Assembly (NCBI GenBank): GCA_010356995.1
Contig: ML996698.1
Span: forward strand, 679,923-743,922
DNA length: 64,000 bases
Origin: Trichodelitschia bisporula
Lineage: Eukaryota
Reading direction: 5' to 3'
In this document: piece after piece, positions 24,669-37,374 of the stretch
Layout of the letters: the number at the start of each line of letters is the position of its first letter
Numbering within the stretch: position 1 is the first letter of the stretch
Notes under the pieces: model-generated
What the model was told of the DNA's origin: nothing
The model's database searches: none
What the model saw: only the letters and a program-made list of their open reading frames with translations
Position numbers and translations under genes: made by a program

Positions 24669-27600
24669 ATGACGGATCATGGTGCTTCACAAAGTCCCCG
24701 CTCCTCCACCCCGAACACGCCGGAAGCTCACCCGAGACCGCCAACTTTTCCCGAATCGCGACTATCAGGTCGCAAGAGGCCTCGTTCGGGAATCCCGACT
24801 GGTAGCATTGAACTGTCATCACCTCCAGAACGACGACCGTCGGTCGCGACCCAGGAAGGCGCACCTAGGATCCCCGTGGACATGCCGTCCGCTCCGGAGC
24901 CACCCAATGCTGCTCGGATCTCCGCACATCAGCCACTACGAGATCGCGATTACTTCTCATCCAAACCAAATCCGGGTCGTACGACTCACAATGGAGAATC
25001 CGGAGAGTATGTGAATGCTCATGGGTCGTCGAGATCAACCGCTTCCTTCTTTACCGGGAAGCTTGGTCACCATTTCCCGGCCAACCCCGCCGATCACTCC
25101 TCCTTTGGTACCTCAAGGCACGATTGGAATGGTAGCATCTTCGGGGCGACTTCCGGCATGCCAGTAGGACCTTCTGCCGTTGCCAAATATCTCCCGCTAC
25201 AAACACGAAAGCCCTTCCAACAGGCCTACGCTACTCATCATCACCAATTCCACCCACCAACTGCTTCACACTACCTGCGCACCCGAAGTAGCCACCCGTC
25301 ACCCCATACGGCATATAACATAAACACAATCGCCGACTCGCCCTCGCCCTTCAGACCCGAAGACCCCCGTGCAACGACAGAACCCAGCTCAAAGGTTCCG
25401 TCGGCTGCGAGCAGCCCCGGGCCCTTCACGCCAACCCACTCACCACTCCGGCCCAATTTCCCCGCAGATGACCTGACGGCGACCGGTTATCCTAGCCCAT
25501 ATCTGCATCCAACCCAGCGCCAAATGCCCAAGGAGACGCATCTCGCTGAAGTCGATGTTGATCCTATTTCGGGCCGCAAATTGATTAACCAGTATGAAAT
25601 ACTGGATGAACTTGGCCGTGGCGTGCATGGGAAAGTCAAGTTGGGGCGTAACTTGGAGACCAACGAACAAGTGGCGATCAAGATCGTCGAGCGCTTCACC
25701 AAGCGGAAGCGGCTGGGTCGTAGCGGGAACCATGAAGCGAAGATCAAGAGAGAGATTGCGATTTTGAAAAAGGCGCGGCACCCGAACGTTGTCGCTCTGC
25801 TCGAAGTGATTGACGATCCGGCCAAGAAGAAGGTATACATCATCCTCGAGCTCATCGAAATGGGAGAAGTCAAATGGAGGACGGAAGCGCCGAAGGAGAT
25901 TTGCCTTGTTGAGTACCGGCGTTACGAACGGGAGGCGCTTGGCAACTTCGACGATAACGCTGCCAATATAGAGGACGAAGTCATCTTGGAGGATGGTCGC
26001 CGTCGTCTGCAACGCATAGATCGTGCAAGATGGCGAAGCATGGAGAGACAGCGTCTCGCAGGTATTGGAACTCAGGCTTGGAGCCTTGAGCATGGTGGTC
26101 ATACTGACGATGAAGACTACAATGACGGCAATCCGATGTCAACTGCGACCCAAGACGACTATCAGTCGCAGCGCAAAAGAGACCGCGACAGAAGCACCCG
26201 AGGAGATGAGGACGTCGCCGTACGAAATGACTTTGATCCTCGCGACGGCAAATCCGAGTCGAACAGAAACCCCGTTCGAGAAACCAGCTCTGACTTGGAA
26301 GGCACCATGTACGGTCCGTACGATTCCGACCCCGGCTGGAAGACGCCCAGCGTCGGAAGCGGAGCCTCTCACCCTGCAGATCTCGAGGACTCGGGCCCAT
26401 ACATTCCTGACCATTTCATGCATGTGCCACTTCTCACCCTCGATACCGCTCGCAGAGTGTTCCGGGACACGGTTTTGGGCCTGGAATATCTGCACTATCA
26501 GGGCATTATACATCGTGACATCAAACCAGCGAACCTGCTTCAAACCAAGGACGAGCACATCAAAATTTCCGATTTCGGCGTTTCGTATCTAGGCAAAGCT
26601 AGGAGTGAAGAGGGGGCCGGAGACCAATCCGAGTCGGACGCGCATGACACGGACGAGGCACTAGAACTGGCCAAGACGGTTGGAACTCCTGCTTTCTATG
26701 CCCCCGAGCTCTGTCAGACGGACTGCGAAGATCTTGAGCCGCCTCCGATTACCAACCAAATCGATGTTTGGGCATTAGGGGTGACTCTTTATTGCCTAAT
26801 TTTTGGGCGCGTCCCCTTCCATGAGAGAAATAGTTTCGTCTTAATGCGCCTCATAGCAGAAACGGATGTCTACATTCCAAGGCTTCGGCTAAAAGCAGTC
26901 AACCCGCAGGCCGGCTCCTATCCATCGCGGAACAAAGATTACCGGGCGGCTGGCACGGTGGACCACGAGGAGGTCGACGACGAGTTGTACGATCTGTTGA
27001 AGAGGCTGCTCATCAAAGATCCACGGCAGCGGATCAAACTCATCGAAGTCAAGCGCCATCCTTGGGTGCTTCGAGGTCTCCCGAACCCGATACGGTGGCT
27101 GGAGGAAACAGACCCAGGCAGGATGACGCAAGGAAAGAAGATCGAGGTCTCGAAGCAGGACATTGATGTCGCCGTCGTACAGTTGGGTGTCCTTGACCGT
27201 GTCAGAAGCATTGCTCAAAAGTTTAAGGGTGCCTTCAGCATAAGCAACCGAGCTGAAAGCCGGCGACGATCGAAAAGCTCCGCCACAGCGTCCGGAGACT
27301 TGCCGACGTCCACTGCCTCCTCAAGTAGCACCATCAGCCAGGACGCCCGTCGGCAGGAAGGCCGCCGCCCGAGCCTGAGGCCAGACGACGTGATATTTGC
27401 ACTCAGAGCCTCTCGCGAGCCCGAACACCCGCTCTCCCAGAGCGTCACCACCAGCCCCGAAATGCGCGATCGATCGGATTTCTTAATCGGACCAGACTCG
27501 AGACCAGACTCGCCCTCACTGCTGGCTGAGAACCAAACCGCTCGCTTGTCGCATTCCACCCAACGGCCACAACCACCCGACCGGGCCCAATCAGCCGTTT

Positions 27601-28907
27601 CCACCGCCGGATCCATCCGTACGATTCGTCCTGCGGATATCGCAAACAACAGCTCTGGCGCAACGACGCTGCCCGCGATGCCCAGCACGCCACTCGAGAT
27701 GCCGTCGACTTCCAGCCTGGGTGGCATTTTGGGCGGCGCGAAGAAAATGATGAGAAGCGTCCGAAGCAGAGACCGTGGCTTCAGCACGTACGGTAGGGCT
27801 TCGCCCGTAGACCAACTCATAGCTGCCGGCGATGATCCTCATGCAGAACCTAGCATCGCCTTCAGCAACACCCTTGCTGCAGGTCAAGTCCACCCCCCTG
27901 CTTCCCTCCGAGAAGGCTCAACGACAGGGAGCTCCGCCGCTCCTAGCCCGATTTCGTCTCGCCCGCCTTCGCTGACGTCGCCGGAGTCGCTGCGACCTGT
28001 GTACGCTATCACTGATGATGGAGGCTTGTCGCGTCAGTCATCTATTTCTTCGGTCTCATCTCGTAGGCGATTCCGCCCTAACCCGGATCGCACGTCGGTC
28101 GTGCCTGCTTATCTGCCTTTGCTAGACGACGTGGGCGAAGAGCGCAGGTTCTACAGGGTTGTGCCCACGCGGGATTCGTCCGAGGACAAGGTTCAGCGGG
28201 CGAAGGAGCAGCAGATCAGGCGCCGGATGCTGGAAGACGACATTGCAGAACGGCCGACGTCCTCCTCAAGCCGCAAGCGACCTTCGTCATTCCTGATGCA
28301 AGAAGGCGTATTTCCGCCTTGCCCCTTGAGCCCGGATGATGAAGCGTACTATGACCAGCTGGAAAAGTCGCAGCGGAGGACGGCCAACCCCGGCGCCGGC
28401 ACACATACGCAAAACGCGAAGTCCAAATCGACCATCGTGTCCAGCTCGTCGGAGGATTATTTCGCATCCCACATGTCGCAGTCCACATCCAACCCTTCGA
28501 TTCCCTCCGTCGTATCTGCCGCGTCGTCGCTGCCGCCGGACGACCGGGCGCACATGAACAATGCTGACTGGATGACGGAAGCGTTGCCCTCAGACGCGAG
28601 CAGCGCGACGGCAAGATATGCAGAGGAAGACGACGGGTACGCTGGTGACGACGCGCTGGAGACGGATGAGGACGACGACTCTGATGACTCGTTTATCGAG
28701 ATGTCACGGCGCAAGTCGGTGAAGAGGAGTAACAGCATTTCGTGCGCTGAGGTCTTGGTGCACCGGCGTCAGACGGGGGCCGCTGAGTCGATTCGGAGCG
28801 TTAGGAGTGGGAGCAGCAATACCATGCAGCGGATGAAGAGCAATGGGGGCGAGACGGACGACGAGATTGTTAGAGGGCGGGTAGGACGGCAGACAGCGGA
28901 GGAATAG
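24669..28907 (+). CDS. Ser/Thr kinase, CaMKK / Snf1-activating kinase family (Sak1/Ssp1-like)
   Basis: 1412-aa intronless ORF with motifs INQYEILDELGRGVHGKVKL, VAIKI, REIAILKK, EVIDDP, HRDIKPANLL, KISDFGVS and LAKTVGTPAFYAPE. There is a large acidic insert inside the kinase domain. Confidence 0.92.
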   Translation: MTDHGASQSPRSSTPNTPEAHPRPPTFPESRLSGRKRPRSGIPTGSIELSSPPERRPSVATQEGAPRIPVDMPSAPEPPNAARISAHQPLRDRDYFSSKPNPGRTTHNGESGEYVNAHGSSRSTASFFTGKLGHHFPANPADHSSFGTSRHDWNGSIFGATSGMPVGPSAVAKYLPLQTRKPFQQAYATHHHQFHPPTASHYLRTRSSHPSPHTAYNINTIADSPSPFRPEDPRATTEPSSKVPSAASSPGPFTPTHSPLRPNFPADDLTATGYPSPYLHPTQRQMPKETHLAEVDVDPISGRKLINQYEILDELGRGVHGKVKLGRNLETNEQVAIKIVERFTKRKRLGRSGNHEAKIKREIAILKKARHPNVVALLEVIDDPAKKKVYIILELIEMGEVKWRTEAPKEICLVEYRRYEREALGNFDDNAANIEDEVILEDGRRRLQRIDRARWRSMERQRLAGIGTQAWSLEHGGHTDDEDYNDGNPMSTATQDDYQSQRKRDRDRSTRGDEDVAVRNDFDPRDGKSESNRNPVRETSSDLEGTMYGPYDSDPGWKTPSVGSGASHPADLEDSGPYIPDHFMHVPLLTLDTARRVFRDTVLGLEYLHYQGIIHRDIKPANLLQTKDEHIKISDFGVSYLGKARSEEGAGDQSESDAHDTDEALELAKTVGTPAFYAPELCQTDCEDLEPPPITNQIDVWALGVTLYCLIFGRVPFHERNSFVLMRLIAETDVYIPRLRLKAVNPQAGSYPSRNKDYRAAGTVDHEEVDDELYDLLKRLLIKDPRQRIKLIEVKRHPWVLRGLPNPIRWLEETDPGRMTQGKKIEVSKQDIDVAVVQLGVLDRVRSIAQKFKGAFSISNRAESRRRSKSSATASGDLPTSTASSSSTISQDARRQEGRRPSLRPDDVIFALRASREPEHPLSQSVTTSPEMRDRSDFLIGPDSRPDSPSLLAENQTARLSHSTQRPQPPDRAQSAVSTAGSIRTIRPADIANNSSGATTLPAMPSTPLEMPSTSSLGGILGGAKKMMRSVRSRDRGFSTYGRASPVDQLIAAGDDPHAEPSIAFSNTLAAGQVHPPASLREGSTTGSSAAPSPISSRPPSLTSPESLRPVYAITDDGGLSRQSSISSVSSRRRFRPNPDRTSVVPAYLPLLDDVGEERRFYRVVPTRDSSEDKVQRAKEQQIRRRMLEDDIAERPTSSSSRKRPSSFLMQEGVFPPCPLSPDDEAYYDQLEKSQRRTANPGAGTHTQNAKSKSTIVSSSSEDYFASHMSQSTSNPSIPSVVSAASSLPPDDRAHMNNADWMTEALPSDASSATARYAEEDDGYAGDDALETDEDDDSDDSFIEMSRRKSVKRSNSISCAEVLVHRRQTGAAESIRSVRSGSSNTMQRMKSNGGETDDEIVRGRVGRQTAEE

Positions 28908-29444
28908 TCATGAGGTGGAATTTTACATTTTCGGGATTGCGGTTCTCTGGGACTTATGAAATGGAAGACGGGATCGGTGATGGATGGGACGGGATATGCG
29001 GGATGGAACTGGACTGTATGGGCTGGGCGACCGGCGCCACATGAAGATGAATTGTACGAACTGGAAGGGCTGAGATGGGTTCATGGCGCGGAGTTGGAGC
29101 GTTTTGGCGGGATGGACTGCTGGAGCTTCTTGCGGTGGAAAATTAAATGCTAATGTAGAGTATGCTCGATTGACTGGTTGACCTTCTGCATCACTCGTGA
29201 GCCTCGTTGATGCTACCGTCTGGTACTGTAGATACGATATCACCAGCCTAAAATATCGAACTCCAACCTCTACCTCCCATGCCCAAGTCATACCAAGTGC
29301 AATCCCACCAAGCAGTCAAACCGAACCCACGCCTCCTTCACTCCACCCGTCCCCCGTTCCCCTCCTTTACTTGTCAACTTTTCCCCCGCCTTTCCGCATC
29401 CTAGGATAGGCTTTCCGCCGGCAATTGGAGCCATCAACAGCACA

Positions 29445-29541
29445 TCCTCCGTGGCGCAATTGGCTAGCGCGTCTGACTGTTATGACAGTTTCCAGCTCGA
29501 GTGCAATCAGGAGGTTCCTGGTTCGAGCCCAGGCGGGGGAG
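29445..29541 (+). tRNA. tRNA-Asn(GTT) with a 23-nt intron (29483-29505)
   Basis: Acceptor TCCTCCG/CGGGGGA; D arm GCGC/GCGC; anticodon stem TCTGA/TCAGG with GTT at 29479-29481; T arm CCTGG-TTCGAGC-CCAGG. The intron follows position 37, and T-runs lie just downstream. Confidence 0.95.
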
Positions 29542-29988
29542 GATGAGTTTATTTTTGCGCTTTTTGTCGTTACTCTACGAAAGTGGAGGTGGATCCGGGT
29601 CTCCTTTTTACCGAGTGCGGGCACCGGGCGAAGGGAGAGAAGCAGATGGTCGCTACTGTCCCGAGGCCGAGCGCGGGTGTAAGGGAAAGGACGGCGAATA
29701 TCACAACCTGGGAGCACAAGTGGTAGAGTGGAGGTATACACAACTTTTACCCATCCGACCGGTCCTACATAGCTGGAATCTGAAGATCTTCCTACATAGA
29801 ACACTTTCCGGGAGATACATCGCGAGCCACAGTAAATCAACCCCATCCGAGGCCTGAGCCCCGTTCCCCCCCGATTCGCAAACACATCATGTACAACACA
29901 CACACATCAACCCCATCTCGCACCCGTACCCATTTCCGCACAGAACCTTCGCTGGTCGTAGTAGCTGGCTTTGTGGTATGAGGGAGAT

Positions 29989-32305
29989 CTACTTATTCGC
30001 CGGGCTCTCCGGATCCATAACTGGATTGTGCCCCGGCGTGATCTTCGAATCGCTGTCCAGGACCTCAGACGGCTTGTCGCCACGGGCGTAGAGCCCGGTG
30101 TCATCTGCGCGGATTAGCCCAAGTCCCCTTTCACATCACACCCCAAAGAACTCACCCTTGACCTTCCCCGCCTCAACATCCTTCCTGCTCAACCCCAACT
30201 TCCCCTTCGCCAACCCCATACTCGCCAGAAACTGCACACTATCCCGCCACTCCCTCTCCTGCCTCTTGCGATCCCACCCCAACTCCTCACTCATGAGATC
30301 AATAACCCCCGGTAGGGCCTCGAGCGCCGCCTGCGCATTCAAAAACGCCAGTCTCGTGCGCCGAGCCAGCACATCCACCGCCGTCTGCGCACTCTCATGC
30401 CGCACCGCATACCGCACCTCGCCATCAACGAACGGATACAGCGGGGCCAGGCGCTTCCCACGCACGGGATAGCGCAGCTCAGACGGCGCGCAGAGGCCCG
30501 CCACGCTCCACGCCCGGTCCCCGTAGGCCGTGGCCAGGTGCTTCGCGACCTCGGTCTCGAGCCCAAAGTGCTGGATCAAATTGATGAAAAGCGTCTTGCT
30601 GAAGCCGTGCGCGCCGACCAGGCGAACGCGGTGCGTTTGGCACGTCCCGTCGTACAGCGTCGCGTCGGATGCGTTGGCGTTGCCGGAGATGAGCGGGGGC
30701 GAGGGGAGGGCCCTGGGGACGAGGGTGAATTCCTTGATGGCCTCGTCGACGGTTTGCTCGGCCATTTCGCGGTACGTGGTCCACTTCCCGCCGGCCACGG
30801 TCACGAGCCCCGATTCCGAGGTCGTGATGAGGTGGTTCCGGACCAGGCCCTCCGTCTTCTTGGCCTTGGGGTCGCGGACCAGGGGGCGGATGCCAGACCA
30901 CGCCGCGAGGACGTCGTCGCGTCGCACCGTGATGTTAGGCTGCAAGTACCCGCGGATTTCATCCAGGATCCAGTTGATTTCCTCTTCGCCGGCGATCGGG
31001 TTCTGGGTCACGGTCGTGGGGGCGTCGGTGGTGCCCGCGATCGTGTTGCCCTGCCAGGGGAGGAAGAAAATCACGCGGCCATCGGACGTGTTCGGATCAA
31101 TCAGGCCCATGTTCGATGGGGAGAAGTAGCCGGGCAGGATGACGTGGACGCCGGAGCTGGGGGCGACGATTTCCTTGACGCTGGCGTCGTCCATTTTGCG
31201 GATGGAGTCGGTGAAGGGGCCTGTTGCGTTGATGACGCCGCGGGCGCGGACTGTAATTTCCTTGGCTGGCTTGCCGTTCTTCTCTGCGACTAGATCCTTC
31301 ACCGTGGCACCGTTGAGACGGCCGGACTCGTCTTTGGTCAGGCTTGTGACTTCCATGTGGTTGACGATGGTAGCGCCGAAGAGCGCGGCTGTCATGGCGA
31401 GCGAGACGTTCATGCGGGAGTCATTGTGGGCACCATCTTACACTGATCAGCTAAACCCTATAGCAATCCATGTTACTCACCGTAGTAGACCAGAGCACCC
31501 TTAAGACCCTCCTTCTTTAGCATGGGGAATGCGTCGAGAGCCTTGCTCCGCGTGAGGAAGTAGGAGCTTTCGATGTTCTCGGATCCAGCCAGGAGATCGT
31601 AGAACTTGGTACCCACCCAGAAGTAGGGAGCCGTCCACCAGCTGTCAAGTGGGATCATGATAGGCAGCCACTGGGACAGATGCGGCGCCGTGTCGAGGAA
31701 GTAGCGGCGTTCGCGCAGCGCCTCCTTGACGAGCTTGTACCTGGCCACAACGTCAGCAGCGCTCACCGAACAGACTCGAATACAGACTGGCTGTAATCCA
31801 GTTCCCACACAGCCTTCTCAAGATAGCGCACACCACCATGAACCAGCTTAGTACTCTTGGAACTCGTGCCACTGCTAAAGTCATCACGCTCTACAAGGGC
31901 AACCTTCAGACCACGCGTAGCAGCATCAAGCGCAATACCCGATCCAGTAGCACCGCCGCCAATTACAAGCAGATCATACGGCTCATCATCCTGTACCTCT
32001 TCAGCACGACCGCCAGTTAGGAATCCCCACACATCGCTCACGGTCTTTTTAAATCCGCGCGCGGACACACTGTTAGCCACAGCACTGCGCTGGAGCGCCT
32101 TAATCTGCTCGTCGCGCGTCGGCACGGTCGGGAAGCGCGCCGGCTGGAATACACCGTCCTCGAGGACCGGCAAAGGCGACTGCGTGTCTTGCCCTGGGAT
32201 ATCGCGGGGGCGGTAGGTCATGTACAGCGCGCTGCCTGTGGCGGCAGCGACGCCGACGGTGTACAGCGCTGGCTTGAGGTAGCGGCGCGCGGGGCGGGCC
32301 GCCAT
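29989..32305 (-). CDS. GUT2: Mitochondrial FAD-dependent glycerol-3-phosphate dehydrogenase
   Basis: Motifs [66 protein letters not shown] and DVLARRTRL. Basic N-terminal presequence. Three introns. Confidence 0.96.
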
Positions 32306-33707
32306 TGTGAGGAGCTGGTGGGTTCGAGACGCTGCGTGCGCGAAGGTGGGTGTGAGTTAAAGAGAGGGGAATGCGGGTTGTGTGCGCGGTATGTGGTGGT
32401 TCGGTGTTGGCTTTCACATGTTAGCGAGATGGGTCCTGAGGCTATTGCAGGCGAGCGGGCGAGCTCGTCGCATTGGAGATGTCTTGATCGCGGAATGGAT
32501 GGGAGCGTCGGGTCCTTACCTTAGCACAACTCGGACAGCATTGCGCGCGGTGGATATGGAAATGTAGAGATCGGTTGAAGGTTGAGGTGAGGGAGGAGAA
32601 CGGTCGAGGAGAAGAATATGAAGAGAAAGGACTAGGCGAAATTCATGGCGTGTGGTCTAAGAGGTAGTACGGATTTAAAATGGAGCACCTGGTGTTTGCA
32701 TTCCAAGGTAGACTGGTGTGGATTGGACGGCGGGGAGATGGGGGGGTTGATGTGGGATGAGAGGGGAGAGAGATAGCGAAGGAGGGGGCGGGGGGAGCAT
32801 GGGCAGATGACGCAGCCCCGCGCCCAGCAACCCGATTGATCCAAAGAGGCATCAAAACTCTTCGTACTGTACTGTAACATCTCCAAGTCCCAAGTCCAAC
32901 ACAAGCCGAAAAATCCAAGCCGCCAAAGGTTACTGTACCGTAACTCGTCAAGCAAAAGCATCCGGAGAGCCACCCGGTCAAACGCGCCGGCTAACCTTAT
33001 CATTACTCCAATCGCTGACCATGAATCTTTAATCCTTATTCGCATTCACTTCCGACGTCTCCCTTCCCTCGCATCCATCCCCCCCAGCAGACTTCTCACC
33101 ACCGATGAAACTATCTACTCCTTCATCTCTGGTCCCATCCCATCGCACCTCATCTCCTCCTTCAAAAAGCCATTCGTCCTTCGCGTTAAAGCTACTCCAC
33201 CGCGCCCCGCACATTAACTTGCGTGCCGAACCATTTCGTCATCAGCCGTGCCACTAGCCCGTGGACCTGCTTCAGTAGTGCCGAAACCACCGCGGGACCC
33301 TCGTCAGCCGGGCGAAGCGCGTCCGCTAAAACCCCCACCGTCAGTGTAAAATGGTAAAATGGCGCGGGTGACCCACTGGCCAACCCGCATCATCGATTTC
33401 CTGGGTGCTGCGGCTGCGCACTCGGAGAAAAAAAAAAGACGCGAAACCGAGGCTAGCTGGGCTTCACATATCCAAGCTTCCACTTGCAGTTAGCGAGACA
33501 ACGTGCTTGACAGCTTGACTTGATTCCTCTGTACCCACATAAGTGCTAACTGACTAAAAACGTCTCATCCGTCCAACATTTGTGACGGAAAGACCATCGC
33601 CTCTCGACACCCTGCTTCCTGGACTGATGGAGCACGACTGGACAAGAACTACGGTGGATCAAAGCTGCAGTCGTTCAACTGCTCATCCGCAAAAGCAAAA
33701 CTCAGAC

Positions 33708-35752
33708 TTACATCCCCGGAGGCGGAGGAACCTATAGCCGTTAGCCTGCATCCTGAACCGCAAAGTTGTCCACACTTACAGCGCCGTAGCTGCCCGGAGG
33801 CCCAGACCCTGGCGGGGGCGGGGGTGGCGCCTCGCTGGGCGGAGGAGGGGGAGGAGGTGCATCGGTGCCCGGCGGCGGTGGAGGAGGAGCTGCCCCAGGA
33901 GCGCCGGGGGGTGCAGAAGCGTAGCCCGGAGCTCCAGGAGGGCCAGGCGCACCAGGAGCACCAGGTGGACCGGCAGAGTATCCTAGGGCCCCGGGAGCGG
34001 AGTAACCAGGGACACCGGGAGTTCCAGGAGCAGTTGCGCCAGGAACCCCGGCCGAGCCAGGAGGCATGCTGCCTGCCGTTCCCGGCGGAGCCTGACCGTC
34101 GGGCGCCTGTCCATAGTACTGGTAGTACATGGCCACGTACGCTTGGTACCCTCCATACGCCGCATAAGGATCTTGTCCACCGTAGTACTGTGCCCATTGA
34201 GCAGAGTAGTCAGCACCAGGAGCAGCGCCAGGAACAGCGCCGGGTGCACCGGGAGCGGCTGCCATGGGGCTCATGGGGCCGGCAGCGGTAGGAGACTGTG
34301 GCGAGCCGTAGTTACCGTAGCCGCCATAGCTGTCAGCCCGACCATTGCGGTCACCGGGCCGAGGTCCTTGATCGCGGTGACCCGGGCCATTGCGCTTGAA
34401 CTCCTCGTACTGCTTCCTCACGGCACCAAGCAGCTCAATGCAATCGTCCTTGGCTTGCTGAACCATAGCGGCATCCGGCCCACTATTTGGATTAGACTAT
34501 GCTTGGTGAGATTATTGGTTCCACTTACGTGACATGCAGGAACATCGGCTCGTCGCTCTCGCGGCCTGTGTTCTGCTCCGTAAAACCAGATCCGCGCCCC
34601 TTGATCTGGACGCGACACCTCGTCTTACCCTGGATGTACTTGACATACGCACCTCCAGCACCAACAACTTGAGCACGTAGGTTGAAGCCAGGAATAGGCT
34701 CGAGATCGATTGGGATGCGCTCCTCGGGCCATTTACGCTGCATCAGGTTAGCTCTAACAGGGACACACCCCAAAATAACCTACACGGCCGAACTCGTCGC
34801 GCTCGACCTGGTCTGGCTCCCGACGGCGGAAGCGCCGCTCGTCGACCAGATTCGGTAGTTCCTGCTTCATGAGATCTTCGATGAGTGCAGTAGCCTGCTC
34901 GAGACCCTCCTTCGTCGTGCTGGTGACGTGGAGATACAGCGGAGGCGCCTGTACGATTAGCATATATGCTGATATTGCGTTTACTCATGACTCACCGAAG
35001 GCGTTGCCATGCTCTTGTCCGGGTAGTATTCGCCGCGCGTAGTGACATCTTCACACCGATAAGTATGACTCTGCCTGAAGGTTAAAGTTGGAGTGGATCG
35101 TACCGGCCCCAGTTTGTTCTTTGATCTAAATGTCACCAAGGTCAGCATCCGCAAATGGGTATCTTTACTGAGTGTAAGCTTTTTAATTCTAGAACGCAAT
35201 GTCCTGGGAGCATCAGTGGACCGTAACAAGAGTTAATTTACCATCTTCTGTGTAGCTCCTTTGGTGAGCATGTAGCGATTACGCAGGTCATTGACCTCGA
35301 TGTCCTTGATGTAGTCACCGTCCTGCGTGTAGACCTCGCTTGTGACAGGCTGAGCAGGTGTCTTCGGCGTAGGAGATACGGCCTGGGAAGGTTAGATGGG
35401 AAGACGTGGCAGGACGGAGAGCAACATACGGTTCGGATGGGCGGAACATCGACATGTTGGATACCTTTCTTCGCCTAAAGTTGTGTTAGATCTTATCTGC
35501 TGACCCGCCATTATGAACATCACATACCTGGATCTGAGCGTTGATGCGCGCCGCCGCCTCGGCAGCAGCTTTTGCGGGATCCTTCTTCGGAGGAGTAGGC
35601 GCTGCGGGGCTCGCCGAGTGGATGGGGCTGCGGCTTCTACGGCTCTCAGATGTCTTGCGGCTAACGGGTGACCTGGAGCGGCGATCGAAGCGCGAGCGTT
35701 TCTCAGGCTCTGTTTGGTCGAACCGAGACCGCTTGCGCGGTTCCTCCGGCAT
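33708..35752 (-). CDS. KH-domain RNA-binding protein (KHDC4/BLOM7-like), multi-exon
   Basis: RS-rich N-terminus; DIEVNDLRNRYMLTKGATQKMIKEQTGADVTTRGEYYPD; FNLRAQVVGAGGAYVKYIQGKTRCRVQIKGRGSGF; ESDEPMFLHV; Pro/Tyr/Gly-rich tail. Confidence 0.88.
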
Positions 35753-36086
35753 AGCTAAAGACCGGAAAAGAATGCTGATTCTATCGAGAGGACCTGGTGG
35801 AGCAAAGAGAGAATTGAGCTGGCTGGCTGCCGAGAAGTGGGTGGTTGGAGAGTTGTGGACGTTCACTCGATTGCTGCGTGCAGTTCTGGGGACGGACGAC
35901 AAGACGAGACGACGGAGTACGGCGAGGCATCGACACCTGCAGTCAAGACTTAAGTGCCAAGCCGAACTATCCGATCTGAGCTATGCTTATCACGGGATTG
36001 GGCTGAGTGATCTTCAGAAAAGTCGTTGCACCATCAGTCCGCAGCAACACCAGGAAGGTGCGGCTGGGACTTTATTAGGTGGCTCT

Positions 36087-36093
36087 TGAGTCA
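36087..36093. promoter_or_regulatory. Gcn4/CpcA (cross-pathway control) site TGAGTCA
   Basis: Perfect TGA(C/G)TCA about 215 bp upstream of the ILV6 ATG. Amino-acid biosynthesis genes are established Gcn4/CpcA targets. Confidence 0.6.
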
Positions 36094-36306
36094 CATGGCT
36101 CACGGGATATGGTTTATCCGCTGCGGCTAAACCGTGAAGGCGGTGTCGGCGGGAGGCGGCGATGACACAGACGAGAATTTATATCTCCCCGCAAACAGAG
36201 CAATTGAACTCCACCACGAGCCTCTGCTTTGTCCTATTTGTGACCTAAGACTGCGCACAGTTGGCCGCTGCATTGTAGCATCCTCACCAGTCAGGCACTG
36301 GCCGTA

Positions 36307-37374
36307 ATGGCCGCACGGCGCGCGTTCGCAGCGGCGCTGCCCATCGCGGCGCCCGCCCGCTTCTCCGCCCCTCTCGCTCCCCTCGTCAGATATTCCTCCT
36401 CCACCTCGGCAATCGCGTACAAGGCGCTGCACCGGCGCTCTGTCGCTCCCCTACCCGTCTCAGATGCCCGTAGGTTGTCATAGTACCTAGCCAGCCTCCA
36501 GCTCACAAATCTAGCTCCGGCATGGTCCGCTCCCGCCGCCGTCAGCTCCATCCTCTACGAAACCCCTCTCCCGTCCACCGCACCCCCCAAGCGCCACATC
36601 CTGAACTGTCTCGTGCAGAATGAGCCGGGTGTGCTCTCCCGCGTGTCCGGCATTCTGGCGGCGCGCGGCTTCAACATCGATAGTCTCGTTGTGTGCAACA
36701 CGGAAGTCGAGGACCTGTCGCGCATGACCATTGTGCTGCAGGGCCAGGACGGTGTTGTGGAACAAGCACGCCGCCAGCTCGAGGACCTGGTGCCCGTGTG
36801 GGCTGTGCTCGACTACACGACCGCGCCGCTGGTGCAGCGTGAGCTGCTGCTGGCTAAGATCTCCATCCTCGGGCCGGAGTACTTCGAGGAGCTGCTCGCG
36901 CACCACCAGGAAATGTCTCAAGACGATGTCGACGCGCAAGAGAGCAAGATGGCTGAGCTGACGCCGGAGGAGCGGGCGCAGGTCGAGGAGCGGGCGCGCG
37001 AGGCGCTGCGGCACGATTTCCACCCCTCGAGGCTGGCGAGCAGTCAGGCGCTGCGGCACAAGCACGAGCATCTTGAGGCCATCACGCACCTGATCCACCA
37101 GTTTGGCGGCAAGGTTCTGGATATCAGCAACAACAACTGTATCGTGGAACTGAGCGCGAAGCCGTCCCGCATCGATAGCTTCATGAAGCTGATCGCTCCG
37201 TTTGGCATTCTGGAGAGCGCGCGTACTGGTCAGTTTCCTGCTGTCTTTTGAACTACTGAGCTAATTGTTACAGGCTTGATGGCGTTGCCTCGCTCACCGC
37301 TGACAGGACCGAACGAGGCGGATGAGAAGGACGCTGAGGATGTGGTGGATCAGAGCACTCTGCCTCCGGGTTAA
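36307..37374 (+). CDS. ILV6: Acetolactate synthase small (regulatory) subunit, mitochondrial
   Basis: Presequence followed by SSSTSAIAYKALHR, an ACT domain LNCLVQNEPGVLSRVSGILAARGFNIDSLVVCNTEVEDLSRMTIVL, and a C-terminal ARTGLMALPRSP...LPPG. Two introns. Confidence 0.96.
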
